64,000 bases of DNA from IMG/VR virus record IMGVR_UViG_3300020255_000001; one strand, given 5' to 3'. Source of the DNA: an uncultured virus (IMG/VR IMGVR_UViG_3300020255_000001) (Duplodnaviria > Heunggongvirae > Uroviricota > Caudoviricetes > Kyanoviridae). A model generated the notes under the pieces. The model saw nothing but the letters and a program-made list of their open reading frames with translations, ran no database searches and was not told where the DNA came from. The position numbers were made by a program, and so were the translations under genes. The stretch's first letter is position 1, and each line of letters opens with the position of its first letter. Shown here piece by piece: positions 37,563-50,000 of this stretch.

Positions 37563-38930
37563 ATGGCAGCAAATGGATCCTATAATAGTAGCAATAATGT
37601 CCTAACAGTAACTGGCGATGGTTTGCCATCTCCAGTGAACTCAGGAACTTTTCCTAATGCTAACAATTCAAACACAATTACATCATATGCTTTCAACCAC
37701 AACTTTGTTTACAGAGGTGGATCAAACACGTCTGATTCTGGGGTTGTCGGTTTGGGTGCTATTGGTATTGCTGCAAACGGTGTCGTCTTCTTTAATCCTA
37801 GTGCAGGAACTGATGGGTCGCCCCCGTCAGGATTTTCCTACGTGGCAGCGGGTATTGGTTCTGCTGTTAATTATGGAGAAGATAGTTGTGGTGGGTATCC
37901 TGAGTCAAGTGGTCAGTACCGTTATAACGACAGCGACTTCATAGATTGTTGGAATGCCAATCAAGTGATGGCAGGATATAATGATTACTATGGTTCATCT
38001 CAATATAATGGTGATAATATTAGACACCCTGATGGTCACTCTAAGATAATAGGTTATAGTTTTGATGGTTATCCTGTGTATGGTCCTTATGGATATACAG
38101 ATGCTAATGATAACACTACACCTGTAATCAGAATGTCTTCTGGATGGACAGTAAGAACTCAAGAAGCACCTGGAAGACCTGCATATGATACAACATACCC
38201 CGCAGGTGTGTTTATGGAAGATTATGAATATACTGGTGGAACAGGAAAGTTAGATACACATAACGGTAGACATTGTGTAACACCTGAGTATCCTAGTGGT
38301 ACTTTTGCATACTTTCTTACTGAAGATAATTCTGGAAATCCAGTATTTCCTTTTATGATGGGTTTGACCTCGAAAGAGGCAATGGTAGTACCTGCCAATG
38401 ATGGTTTTACACAAACTGCACCACCTACTGATGATGGTGGCGATACTCCCGATCAACCCCCTACTCTTGTAATTACAAATCAACCAACAAACGCTACTAT
38501 TCAAAGTGGAAACCTTCAACAGTTTAGTTTGTTAGCAGAAATACAACCACAAAATGATACTATTGCATATCAGTGGCAAGTATCAACAGATGGTGGATTT
38601 GCTTGGTCTAACTTAACTGGTAATACATCAGCAACACTGAATATAAATGCTCAACCATTTATGACAGGTTATCGTTATAGATGTGTGTTGACTGGTCCAG
38701 TTGGTGCATCTACTCAAGCACAAAACTCACCTTTAATAAGTAATTTGGCGATCCTTACTGTAACAGGTAGTGGAACGACTATAGATTATGCCAGTATCCT
38801 CAAATTTGACAGTGGTATTGGAAAATACGATATGACTCCAGTTAATTTTGACAGGGATAATAACAACCCTGACTTTACTATACAGAACTTTACACTGGAT
38901 AATTCGACAACTTCCTTCGATATGACATAA
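37563..38930 (+). CDS. YHYH-domain virion protein with C-terminal Ig-like domain
   Basis: GAIGIAANGVVFFN, HSKIIGYSFDGYPVYGPYG, LD..NGR..VTPEYP.GT.AYF and YQWQ...YRYRC motifs. Confidence 0.8.
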   Translation: MAANGSYNSSNNVLTVTGDGLPSPVNSGTFPNANNSNTITSYAFNHNFVYRGGSNTSDSGVVGLGAIGIAANGVVFFNPSAGTDGSPPSGFSYVAAGIGSAVNYGEDSCGGYPESSGQYRYNDSDFIDCWNANQVMAGYNDYYGSSQYNGDNIRHPDGHSKIIGYSFDGYPVYGPYGYTDANDNTTPVIRMSSGWTVRTQEAPGRPAYDTTYPAGVFMEDYEYTGGTGKLDTHNGRHCVTPEYPSGTFAYFLTEDNSGNPVFPFMMGLTSKEAMVVPANDGFTQTAPPTDDGGDTPDQPPTLVITNQPTNATIQSGNLQQFSLLAEIQPQNDTIAYQWQVSTDGGFAWSNLTGNTSATLNINAQPFMTGYRYRCVLTGPVGASTQAQNSPLISNLAILTVTGSGTTIDYASILKFDSGIGKYDMTPVNFDRDNNNPDFTIQNFTLDNSTTSFDMT

Positions 38931-38933
38931 ATA
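38926..38933 (+). promoter_or_regulatory. T4-type late promoter
   Basis: CATAAATA 24 nt before the ATG at 38958. Confidence 0.6.
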
Positions 38934-38957
38934 AAACTGTAGAAAAAACCCCCTACT

Positions 38958-40637
38958 ATGGCTAAGCAGAATGTAAACGTCGGTGTATCGGCAAATGATG
39001 GTACAGGAGATACCCTCAGAGACGGTGCTATAAAACTTAATAACGTAATTAACGAGTTATACACCCAACTTGGTGATAATACTAATTTGCAAGTTAGTAT
39101 TGGATCACCATCAACAAACCAAGTCCTTAAATGGAATGGAACAGTATTTACAGAAGGAGATCTGGCATCATCTAATTTGACTGATGTTGACTTGACTGGT
39201 ATTGGAAATGGTCAAGTACTAAAATGGAATACAGCAAACTCAAGATTCCAACCTGGTGATGACTTACAAGGTAGTGGTGGCGGTGGGGGCAATGCCATTA
39301 CTAACTTGACTAACAATGGTTCTAATAACGTTGTTATCTCAACTCATTTTCTACCAAACACCGACAACACATATGACTTAGGTAGTAACTCACTTAAGTT
39401 TAGGGATTTATATCTATCCAGTTCTACTATTTGGATGGATGATACAGGTATTTCTATAGGATCTGATCAAGAAATTACTCGTAGAAAGAGAAAAGCACAT
39501 ACTGTTCATAGTATAGACACAGGTGCTACTCGTACTATTACATCTAAATTAGCGTCAGAAAACTCTACAGAAGAAGAGGGTCTTCGTTTACGTTTTAGTG
39601 CGATGAAAGTAGGAACACCTCTAGAAATTGAGGATGTTAATGGTAATAAAATTGAAGCAACATTTGCATCATTTACTGCTGAAGCAGGTGCTACTCGTGG
39701 TACTGTTACAGTTAGTGCTACAGGAACTGCTAACCAAACACAAGAACTAGCAGTATCTGGTGATATTAAGATTTCATCTAAAAATAAATTAATTACTGAA
39801 CAAGAAGATGGTGCTGTAGATCTTGGTGCACAGAAACTAAAGTTTGGTTTTGGTGATATATCATTTGATACTGATGGTATTCTTGAACTTCCTGCTTCAA
39901 GTTCTATCCGTTTTGGTACTCCAGGTTCTGCTAAAGAACTTAAGTTTGATGGAAACAACAATTTAGATTTACCTACAGGAACAGATATTCGTTTTGGTGG
40001 TGATGCTGCAAAGTCTATTAAGTTTGACGGATCTGGTAATTTAGAAGTTCCAGAAAACTCTGAGATAAGATTTGGTAGTGGTGGTACTAAAAAAATATCG
40101 CTTGATGGAAGTAACAACTTAGTTCTTCCTACAGGAACTGAAATTCATATTGGTACCAAAAAAATTAAAATTGATACTAATGGTGAACTACAGGTTGCTA
40201 ATGATGGTACAACTTTTGAAGACGTTGATAGAGGATTCAAACGTCAAGGTTCTAGTGCACCTGCGGGAGCAAGTGTTATTAAAGGATATAATAATGCAAC
40301 TGTATATAAACCATCTCCAACAATTTTATATACATTCAGTGCAGTTGGACAATCAAACTATACAGTTAATGGACCTGGATTACCATCAGGAGGATCTACA
40401 GATCCTAATATAATTCTTTATCGTGGATTTACATACGATTTTAATAATACTACTGGATCATCTCATCCACTAAGAATACAGTCTACAACTGGTCTTTCAG
40501 GAACTCCATATACTACAGGTATTACTGGATCACAAACTGCTATGCAGTCATTTACAGTTCCTTTTGATGCACCTACAACTTTATATTATCAATGCACAAT
40601 CCACTCATCTATGAATGGAACTATAGAAATTAGGTAA
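38958..40637 (+). CDS. Baseplate/tail-fibre protein (gp9/gp10-type N-terminus, cupredoxin-like C-terminus)
   Basis: MAKQ..NVG..ANDGTGD.LR.G..K.N....ELY; about four KFDG.NNL.LP...IRFG repeats; C-terminal H...YYQCTIHSSM. Confidence 0.75.
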   Translation: MAKQNVNVGVSANDGTGDTLRDGAIKLNNVINELYTQLGDNTNLQVSIGSPSTNQVLKWNGTVFTEGDLASSNLTDVDLTGIGNGQVLKWNTANSRFQPGDDLQGSGGGGGNAITNLTNNGSNNVVISTHFLPNTDNTYDLGSNSLKFRDLYLSSSTIWMDDTGISIGSDQEITRRKRKAHTVHSIDTGATRTITSKLASENSTEEEGLRLRFSAMKVGTPLEIEDVNGNKIEATFASFTAEAGATRGTVTVSATGTANQTQELAVSGDIKISSKNKLITEQEDGAVDLGAQKLKFGFGDISFDTDGILELPASSSIRFGTPGSAKELKFDGNNNLDLPTGTDIRFGGDAAKSIKFDGSGNLEVPENSEIRFGSGGTKKISLDGSNNLVLPTGTEIHIGTKKIKIDTNGELQVANDGTTFEDVDRGFKRQGSSAPAGASVIKGYNNATVYKPSPTILYTFSAVGQSNYTVNGPGLPSGGSTDPNIILYRGFTYDFNNTTGSSHPLRIQSTTGLSGTPYTTGITGSQTAMQSFTVPFDAPTTLYYQCTIHSSMNGTIEIR

Positions 40638-42508
40638 TGGCAAGAACAGTCCCAGGATCAGGAGCAGTTATTGAACCCATTTTTAACAGTACGTTCGGTA
40701 TCAAGGACGTATTTGTTAATGATGGGGGTACTGGCTATGTGGCAGGGGACCCTCCAGAATTAAAAGTTGGAAATTGTGGAACACCATTAAGAGAAGCAAT
40801 ACTTGAACCTGTAATTACTAATGGTCAAATTGCTGCTGTAAAAGTATTAGATCCAGGTGAAGGATATGATCCTCTCAGGATTAAGATAAACACAAGTGGT
40901 AATGGTTATGGTGCTGCTGCAAAAGCAATATTATGGGACGAAGATCAATATGCTCCTGATGGAACATTGACTGCACCCGCAGGTTCTCTTCAGTATATTC
41001 AGATGTTATCGAATGGGGATCAATATTTTAGTGATGCCACAACTGCTGAAATAGATGGTGGAGGTGGTGCAGGTGCTGAACTTAGACCTGTTACTGGATT
41101 AATAACTGGTTTAGCATTAGAAGATACTGGATCTAACTATGAAAATGGTGATATTAATATCATCGTATCTGGTGGAGGTGGACAAGGTGCTACTGGAGTT
41201 GCAGAGGTAGATGAATTTGGTATTGTTAAAGCAGTAAATATATCAAACGCAGGTGAATATTTCCAAACTCCTCCTGTTATATTACTCAACGGTGGTGGTG
41301 GAGGTGGTGCCAGAGCAATCGCTACTGTAGATTTAGGTTCAATAGTTTCTATTGATGTTTTAGATCCTGGTGGTGGTTTCTCATCAGAACCCCAAGTTCT
41401 TTTTACTAGAAATACAGATTTAGTCAAAAGGTCTAGAAATAGACAAGCATTTAACTCATTTTTATATAATTTAACTGGTCTTATTAATAATGTAAGTATT
41501 TCCGATCAAACAATATTTGTTGAGACTACTGCACCTTATCCTGGATCAGGAAAAATATTAATTGGAAGTGAAGTTATCAGATATACTGGTAAAACTCCTA
41601 CATCTTTTGTTGGTTGTGACCGTGCTGTTAATTTTAGATATGATCAAAAAGTAACCCTAGATACTCTTGCTGATGATAATGATGGTGTTAGTCAATATAA
41701 ATTTAATGTAGGTGATCGTGTTATAAGAACATCTGAAAGTTCAAGTAACAAAATTGCTCGTGTATATGACTGGAGACCTGAGATTAATGCACTATATTTG
41801 GTATTTGAAGTTGATAAACTAGCATTCATTGATGGTGGATCATCAAATACTATATCTCAAGTTATTGATTTTGTTGGTGGTGTTGCATCATCTAGTGCTA
41901 CTGGTGTTGAACCACACGTATTAGTTGATTCTATAGGTGATACTATCGTTCAGTTAACAGATCCTATTGGTCTAATACAAGATAAAAAATTTGAAGATGA
42001 TGACGAATTACAAGGAGCAGGAGATGGTATTCCTGATCTAGTAAATACTAATACAGAATTTGCAAATGCTATCAGTCTTGATGGTGGTATTGCATCATCT
42101 CTATATGGTATTGAGGAAACATTAGGTGGACAAAACACTTCATTGTTCCAAGTTGGAGACCAAATGACAGATTCGTCTCTTCCTAATAGATCTCCTACTG
42201 TCTCAGTTGCAGGTGCTTTAGGTGATGGTGATTTGCATTTAGCAACTATTGAGTTTATCTTCCGTGTTATGAATAACACTAATGACTTTGTTCAAGGTGA
42301 AACCGTAACAGGAAGTTTAAGTGGAGTAACAGCAACAGTCCAATCTTGGGATGCGACTACAAAAAAACTTGTCTGTATAAATCCAGTTGCAAACTCAGGA
42401 AATTATCTTTGGAATAAGAATGAAAATATCACTGGAGGTACGTCAGGTGCTATAGGTGTTATCCAATTTATAAATTATCCATCCTACATCAGAAACGAAC
42501 CTGACTAA
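40637..42508 (+). CDS. Virion structural (baseplate-associated) protein
   Basis: 623 aa with the GG.GY/GGGG.GA repeats found in gp7; TAATG coupling. Confidence 0.7.
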   Translation: MARTVPGSGAVIEPIFNSTFGIKDVFVNDGGTGYVAGDPPELKVGNCGTPLREAILEPVITNGQIAAVKVLDPGEGYDPLRIKINTSGNGYGAAAKAILWDEDQYAPDGTLTAPAGSLQYIQMLSNGDQYFSDATTAEIDGGGGAGAELRPVTGLITGLALEDTGSNYENGDINIIVSGGGGQGATGVAEVDEFGIVKAVNISNAGEYFQTPPVILLNGGGGGGARAIATVDLGSIVSIDVLDPGGGFSSEPQVLFTRNTDLVKRSRNRQAFNSFLYNLTGLINNVSISDQTIFVETTAPYPGSGKILIGSEVIRYTGKTPTSFVGCDRAVNFRYDQKVTLDTLADDNDGVSQYKFNVGDRVIRTSESSSNKIARVYDWRPEINALYLVFEVDKLAFIDGGSSNTISQVIDFVGGVASSSATGVEPHVLVDSIGDTIVQLTDPIGLIQDKKFEDDDELQGAGDGIPDLVNTNTEFANAISLDGGIASSLYGIEETLGGQNTSLFQVGDQMTDSSLPNRSPTVSVAGALGDGDLHLATIEFIFRVMNNTNDFVQGETVTGSLSGVTATVQSWDATTKKLVCINPVANSGNYLWNKNENITGGTSGAIGVIQFINYPSYIRNEPD

Positions 42509-42513
42509 ACTAC

Positions 42514-42521
42514 TATAAATA
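42514..42521 (+). promoter_or_regulatory. T4 late promoter (perfect)
   Basis: TATAAATA upstream of gp8. Confidence 0.8.
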
Positions 42522-42543
42522 AAAGGAAGGTACATAGTATCCA

Positions 42544-44079
42544 ATGGCATTACTTACCGATCAATTTAGAATTTTCACCGCTGAAAAATTCATCAAATCA
42601 CTTGAGGGACCAGATTCGACTCAGAGTGACATCGTTGCGGGTGCAAATCGTGACCGTTTGTATGTTTTCATTGGTCGTCCTCAAGAATGGGATAACGAGA
42701 ATAATCCTCCAACTCCTATAGACTCTTTCCAAGAGTTTTCAGACGCATATGACGATATGATTTCTATGAAGCGTGTCCTTGCTAGTGACGCTATTCAAGT
42801 TGTACGTCGTATTGACTGGATACCCCCAGAACAAACTACTGGTGGTTTGGGTTATGTTTACGATATGTATCGTAACGACTATTCATCTAGTAAGACTGCT
42901 TCTAGTGGTGCTACTAAACTATATGATGCTGATTTCTATGTTGTTAACAGTTCATATCAAGTTTACAAATGTATCTACAATGGAACGTCACCCTCTGATC
43001 CGAACGGTAAACCTAGTACGATCGAACCCACTGGCACTTCTACTTCTATTATCACCACTGCTGATGGTTATCGTTGGAAGTATATGTACACCATCCCAGT
43101 GGGGCAGGTTCTAAAATTCTTCTCAGCAGACTATATGCCTGTGTTAGTTGACACTGCTGTTCAGTCAGATGCTGTAGGAGGAGAAATTGATACTGTTGTT
43201 ATTCAATCATCTGGATCTGGATATAACAATGGTACATATGAAAACATCCCTCTAAGAGGAGATGGAACTGGTGGACGTATCTCTATCGTTGTAGATGGTG
43301 GTCGTATTGTTTCTGCAACAGTTACATCTGGAGGATCTAATTATTCCTTCGGTAAGATCATTGTTGATGAAGTTAATGGTATTGGTTCTGGTACAGGATC
43401 TGGTGGTGCTATTGACGTTATTATTCCACCTAAAGGTGGTCACGGATCTACTCCTGCTATTGAGTTAGGTGGTTTCCGAGTTATGATTAACACCAAATTT
43501 ACATACTCAGAGGGATCTGGAGACTTCCCTACTGATAATGATTATCGTCGTATTGGTCTAGTTCTAAATCCATTTAAGTTTGGTACAGAAGAATTAGCAG
43601 ATGCGATTACTTTGTCAGCATCAAACGCTGTAATATTTTCTCCTGATTTCACAGGATCATTTAATACTGATGAAATCATAACTCAAACTCGTACTGTGGG
43701 TGGACAACAAGTCACTGCTCGTGGTCGTGTAGTTTCTTGGAACTCCATAACTAAAGTTTTGAAATTTTATCAAAACAGAGTTGATGGTATATTCCCTGAG
43801 ATTACTGGTAACAAAGTTGAGTTTTCTGGTGGTAACACCATAGTTGGTTCGGGTTCTGGTACATCTGTTGACCCTGACATCAACTTCCCTGTAGTTCCTG
43901 GTGAAGCAACACGTGTTATAAACAACACAGAATATGATTTAGGTATGTCATTTACATCTGGTTACGCCAAACCAGAAGTGAAAAAGGACTCAGGAAAAGT
44001 GATCTACATAGACAATAGGAGAGCAATCTCAAGGGCGGGCGACCAAATTGAAGACATCAAAATCGTTGTAGAGTTCTAA
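42544..44079 (+). CDS. gp8: Baseplate wedge subunit gp8
   Basis: LYVFIGRPQ.W, VVRRIDW, VYKC..NG, DGYRWKYMYTI and IEDIKIVVEF motifs. Confidence 0.9.
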   Translation: MALLTDQFRIFTAEKFIKSLEGPDSTQSDIVAGANRDRLYVFIGRPQEWDNENNPPTPIDSFQEFSDAYDDMISMKRVLASDAIQVVRRIDWIPPEQTTGGLGYVYDMYRNDYSSSKTASSGATKLYDADFYVVNSSYQVYKCIYNGTSPSDPNGKPSTIEPTGTSTSIITTADGYRWKYMYTIPVGQVLKFFSADYMPVLVDTAVQSDAVGGEIDTVVIQSSGSGYNNGTYENIPLRGDGTGGRISIVVDGGRIVSATVTSGGSNYSFGKIIVDEVNGIGSGTGSGGAIDVIIPPKGGHGSTPAIELGGFRVMINTKFTYSEGSGDFPTDNDYRRIGLVLNPFKFGTEELADAITLSASNAVIFSPDFTGSFNTDEIITQTRTVGGQQVTARGRVVSWNSITKVLKFYQNRVDGIFPEITGNKVEFSGGNTIVGSGSGTSVDPDINFPVVPGEATRVINNTEYDLGMSFTSGYAKPEVKKDSGKVIYIDNRRAISRAGDQIEDIKIVVEF

Positions 44080-44082
44080 GAA

Positions 44083-47000
44083 ATGCCACAGAATACCAAC
44101 CTCAATATCAGTCCTTATTACGACGACTTTAGTTCGGATAATAACTTTTACAAAGTTTTATTCCGTCCTGGGTATCCAATACAGGCAAGAGAATTAACCA
44201 CGCTTCAATCACTGATGCAAAATCAGGTTGAGTCGATGGGAACTCATATGTTCAAGGATGGTGCAATGGTCATCCCTGGACAAATAGGTTATGACTTAGA
44301 TGCTAAAGCAGTATTGCTACAAGCAAGTTTCTTGGGAACTAACGTAGAATTATATCGTTCACAATTAGAAGGAAGAATAGTTACAGGTCTAACAACTGGT
44401 ATCAAAGCAAAAGTTATATTCTCTATATCAGCAACAGAATCAGAACGTGGTTATATAACACTTTATCTAAAATATATTACATCTGGTGGAACAGACAGTA
44501 ACACTAGAACTTTTACTGCTAATGAGCAGTTGGTTTGTGATGCTGAACTTACTTTTGGATCTACTCTAATTGAAGTTGGCACACCTTTTGCACAATTATT
44601 ACCAACGACTGCAACTGCTGTTGGTTCTACTGCTACTGTTGCTAATGGTGTATATTTTATACGTGGATATTTTGTTGATGTAAATGAGCAAACAATTATT
44701 CTTGATCAATATACAAACAATCCATCTTACAGAGTTGGTTTAGAAATATTTGAATCTATTGTAACTCCAGAAGATGATCCATCATTGAATGACAATGCTA
44801 CTGGAACATCAAACTATTCTGCACCTGGAGCACATAGATTTAGAATTCGTTGTTCATTAACTAAAAAAGTTATTGATGACGATACAGATAAAAACTTTGT
44901 AGAATTACTTCGTATTAATAATGCAAATGTAGAATCATTTGTAGATAGAACTCCATATAATGAAATAGCAAGAGAACTTGCTCGTCGTACATTTGACGAG
45001 TCAGGTGACTATACTGTTAGAGCATTTGATTTAAGAGTCAGAGAACATCAGAATGATGGTGAAAATAATGGTGTATATCTTCCAGGATCTACATCTCGTG
45101 GTAACGTAGCATCATCTCCTGCTTATTATGCTTTAGAAGTATCGCCAGGAAAAGCGTACGTCAGAGGATTTGAGATTGAAACCCTAGCACCTACTTTTGT
45201 AGATATAGCAAAACCAAGAGAAACAAAAGCATTACAGAACTCAATCATTCCATTTGAACTCGGCAACTATATGCTGATGAATAATGTAAAAGGATCACCT
45301 ATTATAAACGGTAATAATATATCATCAAACTATCAGGTTCTTGAATTTAGAGACACAGCCCCAGGTGGATCATTAACCGCATCTGGAGAAGTTATAGCAT
45401 ACGCACGTTGTGCTGCATATGAGTATCACAATGGAACAACTGTAACATCAAGTTCTACAGTATTTAAAACATACATCTTTGATATTCAACCATTAACTAC
45501 AGTTCAAATGTCTCAAGCAGTAACTGCGGGACAAGGTGCTGTTATTCGTGGTAGAACATCTAGAGCAAAAGCATTTGTTGTCGATGCTGTATCTGGACAA
45601 ACTTTATTTAAAGTGTATCAAGTATTTGGTACATTCCGTGCAGGAGAAGTTATAGAGAAAGATGGTGTAGAAATAGGTACAATGGATGCTAATTTTGCTT
45701 TCCAGATAACAGACGCTAAAGGTGTAACAGGTAAAGATCCAGATACTAATGCTATTATATTTGCAGGTGATTTAGTTCTTGATAATGAAACTACTATTAG
45801 TGGTGTTAACTTTAATATTAATAACACTACCATAACAGGTACAAGTTCAAACTTTGCTCTTGATTTACGTCCAGGAGACGTTTTAACACCAAATGGAACA
45901 GATACTTATACTATTGATAGAATTTATCCTATAGGTGGAGGAACTATAACATCACCAATAACAAACTCTCTAACAGCAGCAGGTACTGCGAGTGGTTTAT
46001 CTAATGGTGACTATTCATTTATGGTTCGTCGTAGAGCACAAGTATATGATAAAGAAACTGCGGATCTTCTTATTGAGATGCCTAAAGATTCTATCAAGAG
46101 TATTACTGACGAATCAGCAATAGTTGCAAGAACATTTGATGATATTACCGTTACAGGTTCTAATGACTTTACAATATCTCTTCCTGCTGATGAACAATTC
46201 CTTGCTTATGATAAAGATCATTATGCTTTAGTAGAACTAGCACCAACAGCAGGTACTTTAATTGATATTGAACCTAATCTAACATTTAACAGCACTGGTA
46301 CTCCTAGAACATCTTTAACAGTTTCTGGTTTAACAGGTATTACATCTTGTCGTTTAATTACTTCTGTATCTAAAAACCAAGCAGAGAAGAAGTTGAAGAA
46401 CGCTACAGAAATGGAAGTAATGAAGATTGAGAAAACAAATATATCTTCTGACGCTCCTAAGTATGGTCTTGCTTATGGTTCACTGTATGGTACACGAATT
46501 GAAGACGAAGAAATATCTCTGGGCTCTTCTGATGTTTATAAAGTGCACGCAGTATATGAATCATTAGATGATAATTCTGCTAAAGTTCCTTTCATTACAA
46601 TGCAGGATGCTACTATCTTCCAGAAAGGTACAATCATTGAAGGTGTAACATCTAAGGCAAAGGCAAGAGTTGTGAACTTTAACTCAGTGTCTTATGTTTG
46701 CCACTTTGTATATGAGAACGATAAGTTCTTCCAACTTGGTGAAAGTGTAACTGGTTTCAATGCAAACAACGTTGTAATTACTGGTATTATAAATGACGCT
46801 GATGGTTCTATAGATGATGGTAGTAAAAATATAACATCTTCATTCTTCCTTGATACTAACCAACAAGGACATTATTATGATATTTCAAAATTAGTTCGTT
46901 TTGCACAATCTACTAAACCATTAAGAAAACTTAAAGTTGTATTTAACAGGTTTGTTCACGAAGCAACTGGTGACTATTTTGCTGCTGAATCTTATGTTGG

Positions 47001-50000
47001 TGTAGATTATGATGATATTCCTGCATTCCATCAAGATGGTGTAAGCAAGCAACTTAGAGATGTTCTTGATTTCCGTCCAGGTGTAACTCCTGTATTATCA
47101 GGATCAGGAACCGTTGGTTCACCATACTTTGTAAACTGTGCATCATTAGACTTCAAAGACCGTAGTTTCGCATCAGGAGGCGTATCTAACAATGCTACTA
47201 TTATCGATATTCCTAAACCAGAATCTGATTTCCGTTGTGACTATGATTTCTATCTTGGCAGAGTAGATAAAGTATTCTTAACAGATCAACAAGAATTTAA
47301 AGTTGTTACAGGTATATCTGGAGAACAGCAAGAGATTCCTGCAAATATTGATAATGCAATGTTACTTGCAACAATGTTCCATAAACCATATGGTTACAGT
47401 CCTGCTGATGTAAGTATTGCTCGTGAGAATAATCGTAGATTTACAATGCGTGATATTGGTGCAATAGAGAAACGTGTTGACCAATTAGAATATTATACTT
47501 CTCTTAATATGCTTGAGTTGGAAACTAATACACTACCTATTAAAGATAGTGATGGTTTCGATAAATTCAAGAATGGTTTCTTAGTAGATAACTTTACAAG
47601 TTTCGATTCTGCTGATACTACCCACGAAGATTTTGGTGTATCATTAGATTTCCAAGAAGGTGTATTACGTCCTTCACATTACACAACTAACGTATCCTTA
47701 GAATTTAGTACAACACAATCTACTGGTGTAACTCTTCACGAAACAGGAACAGTTACTAGACCATATACAGAAACTAGATTCATTGTTCAACCATATGCTT
47801 CTAGAGTTGAGAATGTAAACCCATTTAACGTGTTTGCATATATTGGTAGATTAGATTTATTCCCATCATCAGATGACTGGGTAGATACACGTCGTGCTCC
47901 TGATCAAGTTGTAAATATTGAAGGTGACTTTAATGCCACTTTGCTACGTTTAGGTGCTGATGCTAACAGTGGTTTTGCTCCTACACAATGGAATGCTTGG
48001 AGAACTAACTGGTCTGCAACTACAACTGCATCAAACACAGTGTTTATGCGTGGACCTGGTATTAGATTTATTACTACAACTACAACTAATACTACAAGTT
48101 CACAAACTAGATCTGGTTTAAGAACTCGTGTTGTTCCTAGAATTGACCGTCAGTCATTAGGTGATCGTGTTATTGAAAGAACTATTGTTCCATTTATTAG
48201 ATCTAGAAATATTGCGTTTAAGATTCAACGTTTAAAACCTAACACAAGATTCTATTCTTTCATTGATAATGTAGATGTAAACTTCTACACATCACCAAAA
48301 CTTCTTGAAGTTATCAAGAATACTGTTGAAGATATTCGTACCAACGATACACCTTTTGTTGTTGGTGAAACAGTTGTTGGTCAGACATCAGGTTGTCGTT
48401 TAAAACTTGTTGATGCTAATGATGGTTTTACTGATGGTTTATCACCTTATGATCAAAGTGAATTACCATCATCTTACGCATCTACTACTCCATATCTGAA
48501 CATTGATACTAGAACAATGTCAGACACAGTTATGGGTTCATTCTATGGAAACCCATTAGAAGGTGAGATTCTTGTAGGTGCTACATCTGGTGCTCGTGCT
48601 GTTGTAAAACCAAAACGTATGGTCTCAAATACTAACGGTGATATGGAAGGAATTATGTGGATTCCTAATCCTGCTGTTAGCACCAACCCACGTTTTGCTA
48701 CTGGTACTCGTGTTATACGTATGACTACATCACCAACTGACTCTAGAGTTCCTGGTGAAGTTGATTCTGCTGCACAACATAACTACGTTGCTTCTGGTGT
48801 TATTGAAACTCAACAACAAACAATTCTTGCAGTTAGAAATGCTGATCTTGTAAGAGATACAGTATCTCAAGATCGTACAGTTAATACTACAACAACAAGT
48901 GTTAGAGATACTGGATGGTATGACCCTCTTGCTCAATCATTCTTAGTTGAATCTAAGGGTGGTGCGTTCTTAACAAGTATTGATCTATACTTTAGAACTC
49001 GTGATGAAAGAATTCCTGTATCAGTACAGATAAGAGAGATGGCAAATGGTTATCCAACCACTAAAGTTCTTGCATTCTCTGATGTTACTTTACTTCCATC
49101 TGATATTAACTTATCTGAAAACGGTACTATTGCAACTAAATTTACATTCCCATCACCTGTATATGTGACTGAGAATAGAGACTATTGTGCAGTTGTATTA
49201 TCTGACTCTAATGAATATAAACTTTGGATCTCAAGAATGGGTGAAGATGATGTTACATCTGATAGAACCATATCTGAACAACCATATGCAGGTGTGTTAT
49301 TCAAATCACAGAACGCATCTACTTGGACTGCCGATCAGTATGAGGATCTTAAATTTGTATTATATAAAGCACAGTTTGATACTAGCGGATCAGGTCTTGC
49401 TTGGTTTAATAATGCAGAACTTGCAGAAGGTAACTTTGGTATATCAAGACTAAGATTAGATGCTATTGAGACTACAAAACCTGAGATTAAAGTAATACTT
49501 GCAGACCACGTTGCTAACTTTACAATCGGTGCTGAGATTACACAGACTGATGTATCTCCTGCTCCATCTGCTATTGTTCGTGAAGTAGTTCAAGGTGTAC
49601 AAGGATCATCTAACGCATACTTAATACTTGATGATGTTGTAGGAACATTTAGAGAAGGTGTTGCATCTGGTGCTAGTTACATCTATAGACTTGTATCTTC
49701 AAGATCTACTGGTACTATTACGTTGACTGGTGTAGCAGGAACATTTGCTACTGGTACAGCAATAACAAACGGTACTGGTGCATCTGCAATGGTTACTGAT
49801 TGGAATGCAGGAACTGGAGTTGTTACAGTCAAATCAATTACAGGAACATTTGCTGACGGAGATGCAATTACACAGGTAATTAACTCTGCTACTACTGGTT
49901 CTGGTACTATTGGAACAAGTGGAACATCATTTGGTGGAGATGATATTAATGATTATCCATCTGCTCCTATATCTTACTTCAACCAAGCAACTGAAATTAA

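Noticed and set aside
36884..37585. 233-aa alternate-frame plus-strand ORF at the end of gp7 (possible frameshift product)
   Set aside because: Leu-rich composition is the typical off-frame artefact, and no slippery site was identified
39506..40117. 203-aa minus-strand ORF and similar short antisense or off-frame ORFs inside structural genes
   Set aside because: Fully nested in long genes and low in complexity; expected shadow ORFs
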